A stretch of DNA of 64,000 bases from IMG/VR virus record IMGVR_UViG_3300010938_000950, positions 62,001 through 126,000 of that record; one strand, written 5' to 3'. Below, piece by piece: positions 29,547-41,600 of this stretch. The notes beneath the pieces are model-generated. The model was given only the letters and a program-made list of their open reading frames with translations, ran no database searches and was not told where the DNA came from. Each line of letters begins with the position of its first letter. Within the stretch, counting starts at the first letter, position 1. Made by a program: the position numbers and the translations under genes.

Positions 29547-32084
29547 TCATGCGGTTAGACCGCCAGCTCCATTCCAAGTTAAGTAAATTCCATTTTGTAG
29601 ATGTAGCCAGCGGGCTGTACCGTTAACAATTCCTCCGCTTGTATATACTCCATTACCCGTTGTTCCATTAAGAGTGAAATGAGTATTATCTATAACTGTA
29701 ATTACAAAAGTGCCATTGGCAGCAGTGTTACCATTAACACCCGAAATAACAACTGTTTGACCAGTTGTTAAACTATTGGCTGCAGAAGTTGTAATTTGAA
29801 TAGGTGAAGTGTTGCTGGCGCCAGTTACCGTAAGTGTAGCAGTGTTTTCTGTACTTAGAGTAAAAGTACCAAAATTAGTTCTACCTTGTCTAATAAATGG
29901 AGCAGTACCCATTAGTCTCTGATTTAATCCATAGGCCGTAATTCCTGCGCTTGGATAAGGCAGTACTAAAGCAGGGTCAGTTGCTATACCTGCCCATATT
30001 TCCCAAGGTAATACCTCGGTGGTTCCGGTGAATGGACAATCTCCTGCGTTGGATGAATATACAGTTGATGTTCCAGAAACGCCATCAGCGTTGGCCCATC
30101 CTGCCAAGGCACACATTTCAGGAGCAAAATCTCTGTATGTAAATCCTACATTAAAATTTGCTCCCCATCTAGCCTGTATTCCGCCATAATCTCCGGTGTT
30201 ATTTCCACCGTATATAAATGGTCTATTTGAATTTGCAGGGGGCGGAGATGGTTCGTTATCTGGCAATCCAAACGTTACAAATCCGCTGGTACCACCACCT
30301 TGCGGTCTAGTATATAAAAATACTGCTTGTCCACTATCATCTCCTACAATGGTAGTACGCGGTGCAAGAGAGACGTTGGCTGTTCCAATTAACGTATTTG
30401 CGTACTGTGTTCCTAAGTTGCTGGTTAAATCTAAATATTGAGATATATGGGTGGTTGTTCCGCCAATAGAAAAATCACCAGCCGCACTACCTCCGTAGCC
30501 TACACTTATTGATGCATAAGCTGGACCACCATTGATATTCCATGGTTCACCTGCTACTCTAACTTGCCATCCACTGGAGTGCGGACTTTGAAGTATTATT
30601 CTACTATTTTGTGACACATCGCTTCCTCCAGTATAACCAATGCGAGTGACGGTGCCTCCACCCGTATAGTTTCCGTTACCAGAAGATCCGTTCAAAGTAA
30701 ATATACCAGATCCAATTCTAGTAATTGTCCATGTACCATTGGCGGCCGTATTACCGTTCACACCGGAAATTGTAACTCTTTGTCCCGTATCAAAATATGA
30801 AACAGCATTAACGCTAACGTTAATTTGAATAGGAGTAGTATTTGTTGCGCCAGTTATAGAAACACCAGTAACTCTATTATTGTCACCAAGCAACAAATAT
30901 TCTGACATTCTTGTTTCAGTTTCATATAGCCACCAACTCATACCGCTTTCAGGAGGAGGCGTATCAGTTGATCTATATTCAATAGTATAAGAATTAGTTG
31001 CAGTATTGGTAGCAGTTATTTTAAAAACACCTGAATTTTTGGTTGGATATAAATTACTTTTAAGAACTAATATTCTGCCAGTATCTCCAGTTGTAGGTGC
31101 TGTGCCGTTCACAACTGTTCTCGTAGCAGTAGGAATTTGTACCGCATAAACGGAGGGCGCGCCACCAAAATTTATACTAGCTCCCGTTCCAGATGCCACT
31201 AGTAAGCCTTGTGGTAAAATTGAACACGAATTAGCAACATAAGCTCCAGCTAATGTTGTCCAGAGTAGTCTCATTTGTGTTGAGCTAATAACTTCTACTT
31301 TACTTGGACCAAAATTTCCAAGGTTGCTGCTAATACCGTACATACCAGTTCCACTACCAGATTGAATAGCGGTATAATCTCCAGTATTCATTCCGTGAGG
31401 GAATTGAGTTGTGATAGTAACAGGGTTGCCAGTAGCGGTGACAATTCTATTTGGACCACAAGCAACACCACCAACGCCAGCAGACGAAACATTATTACCA
31501 GTGTTCATTGTGCCAGTTCCACCAGTACAACCTGTAAAACTAGTTCCAGTAGTACCAGTGTAAGTGACTGTTTGTACGCCTGCAGTTGTTATGACATAAA
31601 TTGTTCCAGAAGTCGGAAATCCCGCCGTAGAAACAACGTTAATTGTTGCCGTAGGCAATGCAACGTTATTGGAACCTGCAGCAATAGTTGTTGTAAAGCC
31701 AGAAGACATTGTGCCAGTTCCGCCTGTACAATTAGTAAAGGTAGTAGCGGTAGTTCCAGAATATTTAACTATCTGTACACCATCACTAGTAGTTACGTAA
31801 ATAGTTCCAGAGGCTGGAAATCCTGTAGTTGAAGTTACGTTAATAGTTGCTTGGGGTAAAATCTGACCGTTGGAACCAGCCGCAATCGATGTGTTTTGAG
31901 ATATTGTAAAAGATTGGTTATTAGAATTGTTTAAATCAAATCCGGTGTGTCCTACAACAGAGTATCCTAATATCTTATTCAAAAATACAGCAGTATTAAA
32001 TAAATAAGATACGTGTGCAAAACTTGAAGCGCTCGTGTATCCGCTGGTAGAAGCTGTGAAATCTCGTAGTATATGAACTGTCAT
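29547..32084 (-). CDS. Virion-type scaffold X protein carrying 2 A and 3 B modules
   Basis: Shares H.LRD, GR.LVL.S, RIILQSP.S.GWQVR, GRTNFG, H...G.Y..W.G with 34036 and 36836. Confidence 0.75.
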   Translation of the reverse strand: MTVHILRDFTASTSGYTSASSFAHVSYLFNTAVFLNKILGYSVVGHTGFDLNNSNNQSFTISQNTSIAAGSNGQILPQATINVTSTTGFPASGTIYVTTSDGVQIVKYSGTTATTFTNCTGGTGTMSSGFTTTIAAGSNNVALPTATINVVSTAGFPTSGTIYVITTAGVQTVTYTGTTGTSFTGCTGGTGTMNTGNNVSSAGVGGVACGPNRIVTATGNPVTITTQFPHGMNTGDYTAIQSGSGTGMYGISSNLGNFGPSKVEVISSTQMRLLWTTLAGAYVANSCSILPQGLLVASGTGASINFGGAPSVYAVQIPTATRTVVNGTAPTTGDTGRILVLKSNLYPTKNSGVFKITATNTATNSYTIEYRSTDTPPPESGMSWWLYETETRMSEYLLLGDNNRVTGVSITGATNTTPIQINVSVNAVSYFDTGQRVTISGVNGNTAANGTWTITRIGSGIFTLNGSSGNGNYTGGGTVTRIGYTGGSDVSQNSRIILQSPHSSGWQVRVAGEPWNINGGPAYASISVGYGGSAAGDFSIGGTTTHISQYLDLTSNLGTQYANTLIGTANVSLAPRTTIVGDDSGQAVFLYTRPQGGGTSGFVTFGLPDNEPSPPPANSNRPFIYGGNNTGDYGGIQARWGANFNVGFTYRDFAPEMCALAGWANADGVSGTSTVYSSNAGDCPFTGTTEVLPWEIWAGIATDPALVLPYPSAGITAYGLNQRLMGTAPFIRQGRTNFGTFTLSTENTATLTVTGASNTSPIQITTSAANSLTTGQTVVISGVNGNTAANGTFVITVIDNTHFTLNGTTGNGVYTSGGIVNGTARWLHLQNGIYLTWNGAGGLTA

Positions 32085-34028
32085 TTAAGCTCCACTCGCA
32101 AGGAAATTGTATGGCAGTATTGCCCCATCCCATGGAAGACATATACCATTAACTAAGTGAATAAATTCACCACTATTGCCAATTAAGAAAAATGATGGCA
32201 ATCCTCCAAACGTAAGCCTAAATGGTCGCATTTTAGCTCTGGCAAATGAAAATTGTCCAGCAGTTGATGAAACTGACATTATGGCTTCTCCAGTCACAAC
32301 CTGTGCCAAACTTTTTTGAAATCCTAGTAATGAGTTTAAATTAAAACCCACAGTGTACGTAGGGCCTACAGTGGCATTAGCAGTATCACCAACTAAATTT
32401 CTACTAAGTAATTGGTGTGACCTGGTTATTCCATCAAACCCTGTCATTCCAAACGATGTACAAAAAGAATCAGTTCCAGTGCTGTTATTAAGAGCATTAC
32501 CTCCTACTAAAACTGCTATTAAATTTGGATCCTGAGTTTGTGAATATAATCTTAGAGGTGTGGTGGCCATAAAATAAAGTGCTGATGAACTATTTGTAGG
32601 AGATTTAACATGGGCAAAAATAAAATCAGTATCTGCAACTATAGATACAAACCCATTTGCACTAGCAGTTGTACCTGTAATACTACCAGTTCCGTTTGTT
32701 CTTTCGGTCATTGTGGCATTTGATCCAGAACCGGAAAATGCACTTCCATTCCAGCTACCATTTGGAGATCCAACTACTCCGAATAATCCGAAAGCATTTG
32801 CTGCACCTCTAAGTATAAATTGGAATTGTGATGGTACTGCACCAGGATTTATATTAGGGGCGCCAGTAAATGTACCAATAAAATAATTACCATTTGCTAT
32901 CGACAGTTGTGAAGCTGCCGTAACATCAATTACACGATAACTGAGAGAGGCTCTAGCAGTTAAATTATTCTTCAAAGTAGAGATATCAGTAGTTCCTCCA
33001 CTGAATGGTACAATCTTTACCTGGTCACTAGATGGTACTGCAATAATTCTATAAATGGAATCATCAGTACTAGGAGGATTAGTTGAAACTGATCCATTAG
33101 GCGATAGAGTGCCGGTTCCACCAGTGCAACCAGTAAATATCTGCCCAGTAACAGAATTGCCAGTTGTTAAAGTACCAGAACCACCTGAACATCCAGTAAA
33201 GCTCGTAGCTGTAATACCCGTATAAGTAACTATTTGTTGTACGTTTGAAGAGGTAGTGACATTAATAGTTCCAGATGTTGGGAAGCCTGTTGTAGAAGCT
33301 ACGTTGATAGTTGCTTGTGGCAATACTTGTCCGTTCGATGCGGCAGAAATTACGGTATTAATTATTCCAGTATAGTTAACAGTTTGTAGTCCACTACTGC
33401 TTAATATAAACAAAGTTCCGCTACTAGGAAATCCTACGGTAGATTGTACAGATATAGTGGCTTGTGGTAATGTCAAACCTGCGGATGCTGGGGCAATTCC
33501 ACTTCTAGGTCCAGCCAACCAAACAACTACGTGTTTTCCAATCATAGATTGAGAAAATGGTTGTGAAGAGGCGGCAGTTAGTGAGTCTCCAATTGCAGAA
33601 GTTACTCCATCATTTCCAACAGCAAGTACGGACGAGCCCTCAAAAAATCCAGTCGGACCACTTGTGGGTGATATTGGTATTCCACCGGGGACAGTGACTT
33701 GTCCACCACTCACATAGTTGGCGTTTCCTGTAGCGCCATTTAGAGCAAATTGTGTAGAATTAACAACAGTAACATTCCATCCACCATTAGCGGCGGTATT
33801 GCCCTGAACACCGTAGACTCCAACTAACTGGTTATTAGATAGTCCATGTGGAGTAGAGGTGGTAATTACGATCGGATTAGCATTGGATGCAGCCGTAACT
33901 GTAAGTATCGGTCTAGTACCATTTACACAATAGGACCAGAACTCGTAGCACAATTTCATAAAAATAGGTACATCCCTACCATTTGTGCCAGTTGTATATT
34001 GTAATCCTCTGAGAAATTTGATGGCCAT
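32085..34028 (-). CDS. Virion-type scaffold Y protein carrying 1 B and 2 nested A modules
   Basis: FLRGL.Y, YEFW.YCVNG, EG..VLA.GNDG, DSIY shared with 38606. Confidence 0.75.
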   Translation of the reverse strand: MAIKFLRGLQYTTGTNGRDVPIFMKLCYEFWSYCVNGTRPILTVTAASNANPIVITTSTPHGLSNNQLVGVYGVQGNTAANGGWNVTVVNSTQFALNGATGNANYVSGGQVTVPGGIPISPTSGPTGFFEGSSVLAVGNDGVTSAIGDSLTAASSQPFSQSMIGKHVVVWLAGPRSGIAPASAGLTLPQATISVQSTVGFPSSGTLFILSSSGLQTVNYTGIINTVISAASNGQVLPQATINVASTTGFPTSGTINVTTSSNVQQIVTYTGITATSFTGCSGGSGTLTTGNSVTGQIFTGCTGGTGTLSPNGSVSTNPPSTDDSIYRIIAVPSSDQVKIVPFSGGTTDISTLKNNLTARASLSYRVIDVTAASQLSIANGNYFIGTFTGAPNINPGAVPSQFQFILRGAANAFGLFGVVGSPNGSWNGSAFSGSGSNATMTERTNGTGSITGTTASANGFVSIVADTDFIFAHVKSPTNSSSALYFMATTPLRLYSQTQDPNLIAVLVGGNALNNSTGTDSFCTSFGMTGFDGITRSHQLLSRNLVGDTANATVGPTYTVGFNLNSLLGFQKSLAQVVTGEAIMSVSSTAGQFSFARAKMRPFRLTFGGLPSFFLIGNSGEFIHLVNGICLPWDGAILPYNFLASGA

Positions 34029-34035
34029 ATTTTCC

Positions 34036-36315
34036 TTAAGGTACTAGTGGGGGCCCGCCCCAAAAAATATACATTCCCCTTCGCATATGCTGAAAAGAAC
34101 GATTAGTATCGTGTGTTAACGTATATTCTCCAAAATTAGTTCTTCCTTCCCTTATATGCGGAATAGTTCCTATAAATCTTGCTTCTGTATTTGGAAAACC
34201 TACCCCACCTCCCCAATCGTTAACAGTGCCCCCTATCACATCTACAGATAATAATTCAGTTGCTCCTAACCAAGGATTATCTCCTGCGCTTCCATCAAAC
34301 ATAGGACTTCCGCCTTGCCCTACTCCGGAAACATACGTTAATAGAGATACTCCCGCTGATATTGGAACAGGGGTGGTAGTATTTTCATTTGCTTGCATAC
34401 TAACACCCTGGGAACGATTATTAATAGTAGTTGAAGTACCAAAAAGCCAACTACCATCATTTAAACTATTACCACTGCTTGATCCTAATCCACTTCCTAT
34501 ACAGTATAGTCGCGCTTCGTTATTCGCTGGAATTAGTGGCGGCTCAACTTCTGGCATACCAAATGATACATAAAATGATTTGGGATCGGTTGCATTTCCT
34601 GGCCTACGCCCAAACATTGTAACACCTAATCCATATCCATCATCTCCAATTATAGTATGTCTATATGAAATTGATGTTAGTGTACTAGTGTCTCCGCAAC
34701 CGGGAGCGCCACCAATATAAATGCTACTGTTACTATTATAATATAGTGGCGTATGTAAATGTCTACCAGCTACTGGAAAATCTCCGGCCGCATCACCACC
34801 AAATCCTGGTATGAAGGTAATTGGTGCACAGTTGCTTTGATCTGTATTTGTTTCATTGCAAATTCTAACCTGCCATCCAGTAGAGTTTGGGCTTTGTAAA
34901 ATTACACGTGGTGTAGTAGAATTACCATTGCCCCTGTACGACCCCGAAGGACTACTATTTACTGCTCCATTAGCTGGGGCATTAGCATCGCTGGCATATA
35001 AATACCAATTCATACTATCTGTAGGCTCAATTGGCGGCAAACTTGGAGAGTAGAAAACAGCTCCGCCAGTACTCATAACACCAGTACCGCCTGTACATCC
35101 TGTAAATGTAGTTGCCGTAATTCCAGTATATGATACTTGCTGTACGCCTGCTGCTGTGGTTACGAAGACAGTTCCAGATGGTGCAAATCCGGCACGGACA
35201 GCACCGCCAGTGGTCATTAATCCAGTACCGCCCGTACATCCTGTAAATGTAGTTGCGGTAGTTCCTGTATATGATACTGTTTGAGTGCCAGTGCTAGTGG
35301 TAACAAAAATAATACCAGTAGTAGGAAATCCAGTAGTTGAAACTACGTTAATAGTGCCTTGTGGTAATCTAACGTTATTGGATCCTGAAGCAATAGTTGT
35401 ACTTGCTGTATTTGTAGAAGCCACGTTAATGGTGGCCTGAGGTAAAGATTGTCCGTTAGAACCGGCGGCAATTGTGGTAGCTACTCCTGCTACAACCTGT
35501 GAACCACCAAGTATACTTCCGCTGCCTCCTGTACATCCTGTAAATGAGGTTGCAGTTGTACCGGTATAATTAACTGTTTGCCTGCCTGCTGGAGAGCATA
35601 TAAATATAGTTCCGCTCGTAGCAAATCCAGTAGTAGAAGTGACGTTAAGTGTAGCTGTAGGTAATGAGATACTAGCTATAACAGAGTTACCAGTAGACAT
35701 AGTGCCAGTACCTCCAGTACAACCTGTAAAAGTAGAGCCTGTAGTACCAGTATATGTAACTGTTTGTGTTCCAGCATTTGTAGCAACTAAAATGGTTCCA
35801 GATGTTGGGAAACCAGAAGTCGAGGCTACGTTAATGGTTCCTGTTGGTAAGGAAACGTTATTGGAAGCAGCGGCAATTGTGGTTGTACCACTAAGAAATG
35901 TACCAGTTCTATAGTTTATACGATAAGAGTTTGTGCTTGTATCATATCCATCAATAAGAAAACAACCAGAATTATATTGTGGATTAGTTGTGCTTCTTAA
36001 AACTAATAATCTGCCAACATCAACTTGACTAACTACTCTAGTGGCGACTGGAATAGAAACAAAGAACTCTTTTCCTGAACTTAAATTAATGCCAGCCCTA
36101 GTTCCTGCTGCGAAAGTTGGTGTGGCGGCTGTAGGAGTAGAGTCCGCTGTTGAAATTAATAAAGTACCAACTGAATTAATATTAAAATTAGTATCACCTA
36201 CATAAGTGTAAAGCAAAACTCTACGCAAAAAAATAGCCATTAAATAGGAAGGTATCCATTTCCTATTTGTACTAGTATCTTGTATTACGTAGTCTCTGAG
36301 TAAATGTCTTGCCAT
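34036..36315 (-). CDS. Virion-type scaffold X protein carrying 4 A modules (one nested)
   Basis: Close paralog of 36836 outside the inserts. Confidence 0.75.
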   Translation of the reverse strand: MARHLLRDYVIQDTSTNRKWIPSYLMAIFLRRVLLYTYVGDTNFNINSVGTLLISTADSTPTAATPTFAAGTRAGINLSSGKEFFVSIPVATRVVSQVDVGRLLVLRSTTNPQYNSGCFLIDGYDTSTNSYRINYRTGTFLSGTTTIAAASNNVSLPTGTINVASTSGFPTSGTILVATNAGTQTVTYTGTTGSTFTGCTGGTGTMSTGNSVIASISLPTATLNVTSTTGFATSGTIFICSPAGRQTVNYTGTTATSFTGCTGGSGSILGGSQVVAGVATTIAAGSNGQSLPQATINVASTNTASTTIASGSNNVRLPQGTINVVSTTGFPTTGIIFVTTSTGTQTVSYTGTTATTFTGCTGGTGLMTTGGAVRAGFAPSGTVFVTTAAGVQQVSYTGITATTFTGCTGGTGVMSTGGAVFYSPSLPPIEPTDSMNWYLYASDANAPANGAVNSSPSGSYRGNGNSTTPRVILQSPNSTGWQVRICNETNTDQSNCAPITFIPGFGGDAAGDFPVAGRHLHTPLYYNSNSSIYIGGAPGCGDTSTLTSISYRHTIIGDDGYGLGVTMFGRRPGNATDPKSFYVSFGMPEVEPPLIPANNEARLYCIGSGLGSSSGNSLNDGSWLFGTSTTINNRSQGVSMQANENTTTPVPISAGVSLLTYVSGVGQGGSPMFDGSAGDNPWLGATELLSVDVIGGTVNDWGGGVGFPNTEARFIGTIPHIREGRTNFGEYTLTHDTNRSFQHMRRGMYIFWGGPPLVP

Positions 36316-36323
36316 ATTTTACC

Positions 36324-36839
36324 TTATTGAATCCATCGTCCAACTATTTTAATATCTATTAATGGATTTCCAGATGGTGGAGTGTAGAAAATTCCTAAAT
36401 CTACATTTGGTGGGCTGCTGTTTGGGTTAATCGGCAAGCTACCAGGAGTATTAAATAATTCTGGTCGTGGCACTATATTTTCTGCAATTACCCAAGTTTC
36501 ATACGAACTAGTATTTGGGTTGTATCCGGATACTTTATAGTAGATAGTTTGATCCTTAGGATGTGTCAAAATGGGGTTATTATCTACTTGTATAGATTGT
36601 GGCGCCAGAATTGGCCTGGTATCAAAATTAGTAGTAATTCCATTGTATACTTGATCTCCGGCAGATCCTATAATGTTGTTTACATTGACGGCATCATAGT
36701 TGCTAGCTAAACCACCATAATCTTGCAAAGATGATCCTCTCGCCAGATCAAAATCGGCACTGGCAAAAGTATTGGCTTGTCCACCAAAATTTTCACTAGA
36801 TCCAAAGTTGGTAATTGTTAAATCAAAAGCATAGCTCAT
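36324..36839 (-). CDS. Structural-cluster protein Z2 with YYK..Y..W module
   Basis: YYKVSGYNPNTSSYETW...PPSGNPLIDIKIVGRW; start moved to ATG 36839 (ATGA overlap). Confidence 0.7.
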   Translation of the reverse strand: MSYAFDLTITNFGSSENFGGQANTFASADFDLARGSSLQDYGGLASNYDAVNVNNIIGSAGDQVYNGITTNFDTRPILAPQSIQVDNNPILTHPKDQTIYYKVSGYNPNTSSYETWVIAENIVPRPELFNTPGSLPINPNSSPPNVDLGIFYTPPSGNPLIDIKIVGRWIQ

Positions 36840-38596
36840 GGTATTGTTTGTGGTCCATTCCAAGTAACGTAAACTCCTCGCTTTAAATGCATCCAACTAT
36901 GGTTGGCTTCGGTTGTTATCGAGAAGTTTCCAAAGTTTGATCTTCCTGCTCTTAAATGTGGTATTGTTCCTAGTATTCTGGGTTCTAGTGGCATTGAAGC
37001 TTCAATGCCTGCATTTCCATTCCAAGTGTTAAATGTACCAGCTATTAAATCTACAGAGAATAATTCTGTACTTAAACTCCATGGACTATCTGCTGCACTA
37101 CCATCAAATATTGGACTTCCAAATTGTCCAACACCGGATACATAAGTCCATAGGGACGGTGCACAACTACAAATAATTCCTCCTTGAGTTTGTGTTACTC
37201 CTTGCAGAAACGGGTTATGATTTGCATCACCAAAGCTACCAGCATAAATAATTCCAGGAGTCCAGGTAATATCATTTAGATTATCACCAAATCCGTTATT
37301 TCCTCCCGTGCTAAGACTGCTGCCTAGAACAAATAATCTTGCTACATTATTAACTGGTAATGGCAGTGGTTCATTTTCTGCTAAACCGAATGACGCAATA
37401 TAATTTTTTGGTCTTCCAGCATTGGATGGGTCTCGCCAGAAGCGGCTAAAAATAACTACACCCTGCCCAGTGTCGTCTCCAACTAGTGTTATTCTAAATT
37501 GCATCTGTTGATATTGTGATGGACTGTATGGAATACCGAATGATCCGGAATCGTCCCCAAATCCAGGAGCCATTCCTACATATTTAGTGGTGTTATTTGT
37601 GTTGTACCATAATGGACCATGCAGGTGCGGGCCTGCAACAGCAAAATCACCTGCTGAATTGCCGCCAAATCCTGGTATAGCTGTGATTAAAGGAACATTT
37701 CCATAATTACCATTGGTTTGAATATTTTGACTATAATCAGCAAAAGTCTCATGGCATAATCTTACTTGCCAACCCAATGAGTGTGGACTTTGTAAAATTA
37801 TACGCGGTGTAGTGGAGTTACCATAACCGCCATATGTACCATTGTTAACGCCCACCCAAGTACTATTTGGCGCACCTGATGTTGGAGTTAAAGTTTCAGC
37901 AGCATATAGATACCAGTTCATGCTATCGTATGGTTCAACAGGTGGATATCCCGTAGCCCCCATTGTTCTGTAGTCAATTATGTAACAGTTTGTTACTACA
38001 GTTCCTCCGCCAGCATATGCTCCATTACCCGTTGTTCCATTGAGCGTAAATTGCGTATTATTTAATACAGTAATGGTAAAAGTTCCATTAGCATTCGTGT
38101 TTCCAGTAACTCCCGAAATAGTTACTGTTTGTCCTGTAGTTAGGGCATGTGGTGCTGTAGTTGTTACCTGTATCGGGGAAACAGCATTGCCTGAGGTGGT
38201 AGACACACTATAGTTAAGCGCTTCAAAACCAGTAATTAAAAATATACCAGAATTGAATGTAGAGTTGGCTGTACTTCTTAATACCAGCAACCTGCCTACG
38301 TCAGAAAAACTAACAGTCCTTACTGAAGGAGGAACCCATACATAAAATTCTCTTCCGGTACCTTGATTAATACCAGCTTTAGTACCCACTGCGAAAGTTG
38401 GAGATCCTGTAGGCGTAGAGTCTGGAGTAGCAATTAACAAAGTTCCTACAGCGTTGATAGGATAGTTTGTATCACCAACATAACTATACAAAAGTATTCT
38501 TCTTAAAAAGATACTCATGAGATAGCCTGGTACCCACTGCCTACTAGCCGTAGTGATATTTTGAGTAACATAATCTCTAACTGTGTGTATAGCCAT
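36836..38596 (-). CDS. Virion-type scaffold X protein carrying 1 B module
   Basis: Paralog of 34036 and 29547. Confidence 0.75.
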   Translation of the reverse strand: MAIHTVRDYVTQNITTASRQWVPGYLMSIFLRRILLYSYVGDTNYPINAVGTLLIATPDSTPTGSPTFAVGTKAGINQGTGREFYVWVPPSVRTVSFSDVGRLLVLRSTANSTFNSGIFLITGFEALNYSVSTTSGNAVSPIQVTTTAPHALTTGQTVTISGVTGNTNANGTFTITVLNNTQFTLNGTTGNGAYAGGGTVVTNCYIIDYRTMGATGYPPVEPYDSMNWYLYAAETLTPTSGAPNSTWVGVNNGTYGGYGNSTTPRIILQSPHSLGWQVRLCHETFADYSQNIQTNGNYGNVPLITAIPGFGGNSAGDFAVAGPHLHGPLWYNTNNTTKYVGMAPGFGDDSGSFGIPYSPSQYQQMQFRITLVGDDTGQGVVIFSRFWRDPSNAGRPKNYIASFGLAENEPLPLPVNNVARLFVLGSSLSTGGNNGFGDNLNDITWTPGIIYAGSFGDANHNPFLQGVTQTQGGIICSCAPSLWTYVSGVGQFGSPIFDGSAADSPWSLSTELFSVDLIAGTFNTWNGNAGIEASMPLEPRILGTIPHLRAGRSNFGNFSITTEANHSWMHLKRGVYVTWNGPQTIP

Positions 38597-38605
38597 ATCG
38601 ATTCC

Positions 38606-41600
38606 TTATATAATGTAGAACAAGCTAGATGGAAGTATTGTATTATCCCAAATAATGGCAATACCATTTTGAGTATTTAAGAATTGGCCAGTTGCTGTAC
38701 CAAATCTGTGATAGAGTGGCAAGGTAGTTCCTGTAAACTTTAATGTTCTTAATTTAACTCTACCCAAAGAATATTGTCCGGTTACTCCTGGTAGTGATAA
38801 TACACCATCTGAAGCTAGTACTGTACCTCTTGTAGTATTAAATGTTAATCTAATATCAGTTAAGTTAGACCCAAATGTTGGAGTACCATCTCCGCCTAGT
38901 GACTTAGCAAGCATTCTATAAGTTCTTATGGTGCCAGTTGTATCTTTCATAACGAATCCATTACCGATAGTTCCGCTGTTACCGCTAGTTCCGTCGCATC
39001 TAAATACTGAACCGTTAAATACTCCACCTCTACTTAATACTGCCACAGGATTTGTATCAGCGGCTTGAGTATAAAGTCTTATTGGAATTTCACAATGTAG
39101 ATACGAGGATGCATCACCACTGTTTACATCTTTGAAATGCATCCAGAAAAATGCAGGATCGGCAGCCATAGTCATAGCCATAGTGTTTGCTGGAATACCG
39201 TTGAAAATACCTCCACTTTGACTAGTAAACTGTGTTGTAGCATCTGTTTGAGGATCTCCTGTTACTGGGAAAGTAAGTCCATTCCAGTTGCCGCCTGGTG
39301 ATATAATGGTTCCAATAGTACCCGCAGTATCGTTGCCAAATAACTGTATTTGACTATTGGCTTGCCCTGGATTTATTCCAATGGATGAAGGATTGAACTG
39401 CATAACCATATAGTTACCGTTACCGCTACTGAATGTTTGAGCAAGACCAGCATCTACTATTCTGTAATTAATATTACTTCTTTGAGTAAATGACGGGTGC
39501 AAATTAGTTGGGTCTGGTGTTCCGCCAGTATTCAAATTAATTCTGATAGAATTTGGACTATTTACGGCTGTAATTATGTAAATACTATCTTCTGTAGTTC
39601 CAGAATTTGGCTTCCACATAATCAATAGCTTACCTACCATATTGCTAGTTGTAACAGTTTGAGTGCCGCCACTTGTCCATGAGCCGTTTGGAGTAGAGTT
39701 GTTTAATATAATACTATTACGATTGGCAATTGAGCCACCGCTGGTATAAGCACCACTAGCAATTGTACCATTTAGTGTTGCAACTCTATTACTAATTACT
39801 GTTGTTAATGCTGTAGTGTTAGCGTTTGGTAAACCATTAATACCAGATGTTATTACAGTTTGTCCAGTTAATAGTGTATGGAAATCAGATGTAGTAATGG
39901 TAATTGGTGACAGTATAGTATTACCAGTAGTCATAGCTCCGGTACCGCCAGAACATCCTGTAAATGTTGTGGCAGTAGTTCCTGTGTAGGATACAATTTG
40001 GTTTCCGGTACTGGTCATAATTGTAAATGAACCAGTTTGTGCAAAACTAATAAACACAGGATTACCTGTAGTCATAGTTCCGGTGCCGCCAGAACATCCT
40101 GTAAAAGAAGTGCCCGTGGTACCAGTATACGTTACAGGTTGATATCCGGTAGTTGTTAATACATATATGTAACCGCTAGTTGGGAAACCTGTAGTTGAAG
40201 CTACGTTAATAGTAGCTTGTGGCAGTACTTGTCCACTGGATGCGACTGCAATTGAAGTGTAATTGCTAGCTGGAGAGAAGGCTGTGAACACCGATCCGCC
40301 AGCAGAAGTGCTTCCCGTACCACCTGAGCATCCAGTTAGTGATGTGGCACTTACGCCAGTATAATTTATTAGTTGAGAACCGGCTGAGGTAGTAATGTAC
40401 AATGAACCGGCAGTTGGAAAATTAGTAAAAAATCCAGTGTTATTTACTGTGTTGCCAGTAAACATAGTTCCGAATCCGCCCAATGCACCAGTGAAGGAAG
40501 TGCCGGTTACACCAGTATAGGTAACTGTTTGATTGAATGGTCCGCCGCCAATTGGAATACCAATCAACAGAGTACCAGTTCCGCCCGTACATCCTGTAAA
40601 TGAAGTTGAAGTTAGTCCCGTATAAGAAACCGAAGTGGCCGCATAAACAACACCACCAGTTGACATGGTTCCACCACCACCAGAACATCCAGTGAAGGAA
40701 GTTCCTGTGGTACCCGTGTATGTGACTATCTGTGCACCAGAGCTTGTTGTTACATAAATAGTTCCAGAAGCCGCAAATCCTACTGTCGAGGCTACGTTAA
40801 TAGTGCCTTGTGGTAATGCCTGTCCGTTGGAGCCGGCAGCGATAGTTGTTTGAATAGAGTTGTCTGCTACACTGAGAGTTCCGCTAGTTGGAAATCCATT
40901 AGTAGTAGATACATTAATAGTTGATTGAGGTAATGATTGACCACTAGATCCTAGTGCAATACTAGTTACTACTGTAGTGGCAATATTTAATGTACCTGTC
41001 GTTGGAAATCCGGTAGTTGAAACTACGTTAATCGTACCGGTTGGCAATGCGATATTGTTAGATCCTGATGCAATGGTCGTACTTGCCGTTGCTGTGGCGG
41101 CTACGTTGATTGTAGCTGTTGGTAATGCTTGAATGCCAGTAGTGGTTGTGAAAGGTGCAGCAGTATTTGCATTAACAGTTGCCTGTGGCAAAGATGCTCC
41201 ATTCGATGGAAAACCAGTTGTGGTATTAAAGTATGTTGCATTGGAAATATTGTTAGTTGGGGTGGTAATTATCCAAGTTCCATTGGCAGTTGTATTTCCA
41301 GTGACGCCACTTACTACAACAGATCCTAAATTAGAATAAGAGTTCGCGGCCGTCATATTAACTGATATTGGTGCAGTTACTGCCCCACCAGTTGACATAG
41401 TGCCAGTACCACCAGAGCAACCAGTAAAGGTTGTTCCTGTAATACCGGTATAAGTAACTGTTTGTACACCACCGCTAGTCGTAACGTTAATTGTTCCACT
41501 GCTTGGGAATCCGATGGTGACAGTACCACCAGTTTGCATGGAACCACGTCCTAGAGTACATCCAGTAAAAGTAGTGGCCGTAATACCTGTGTACAGCACT

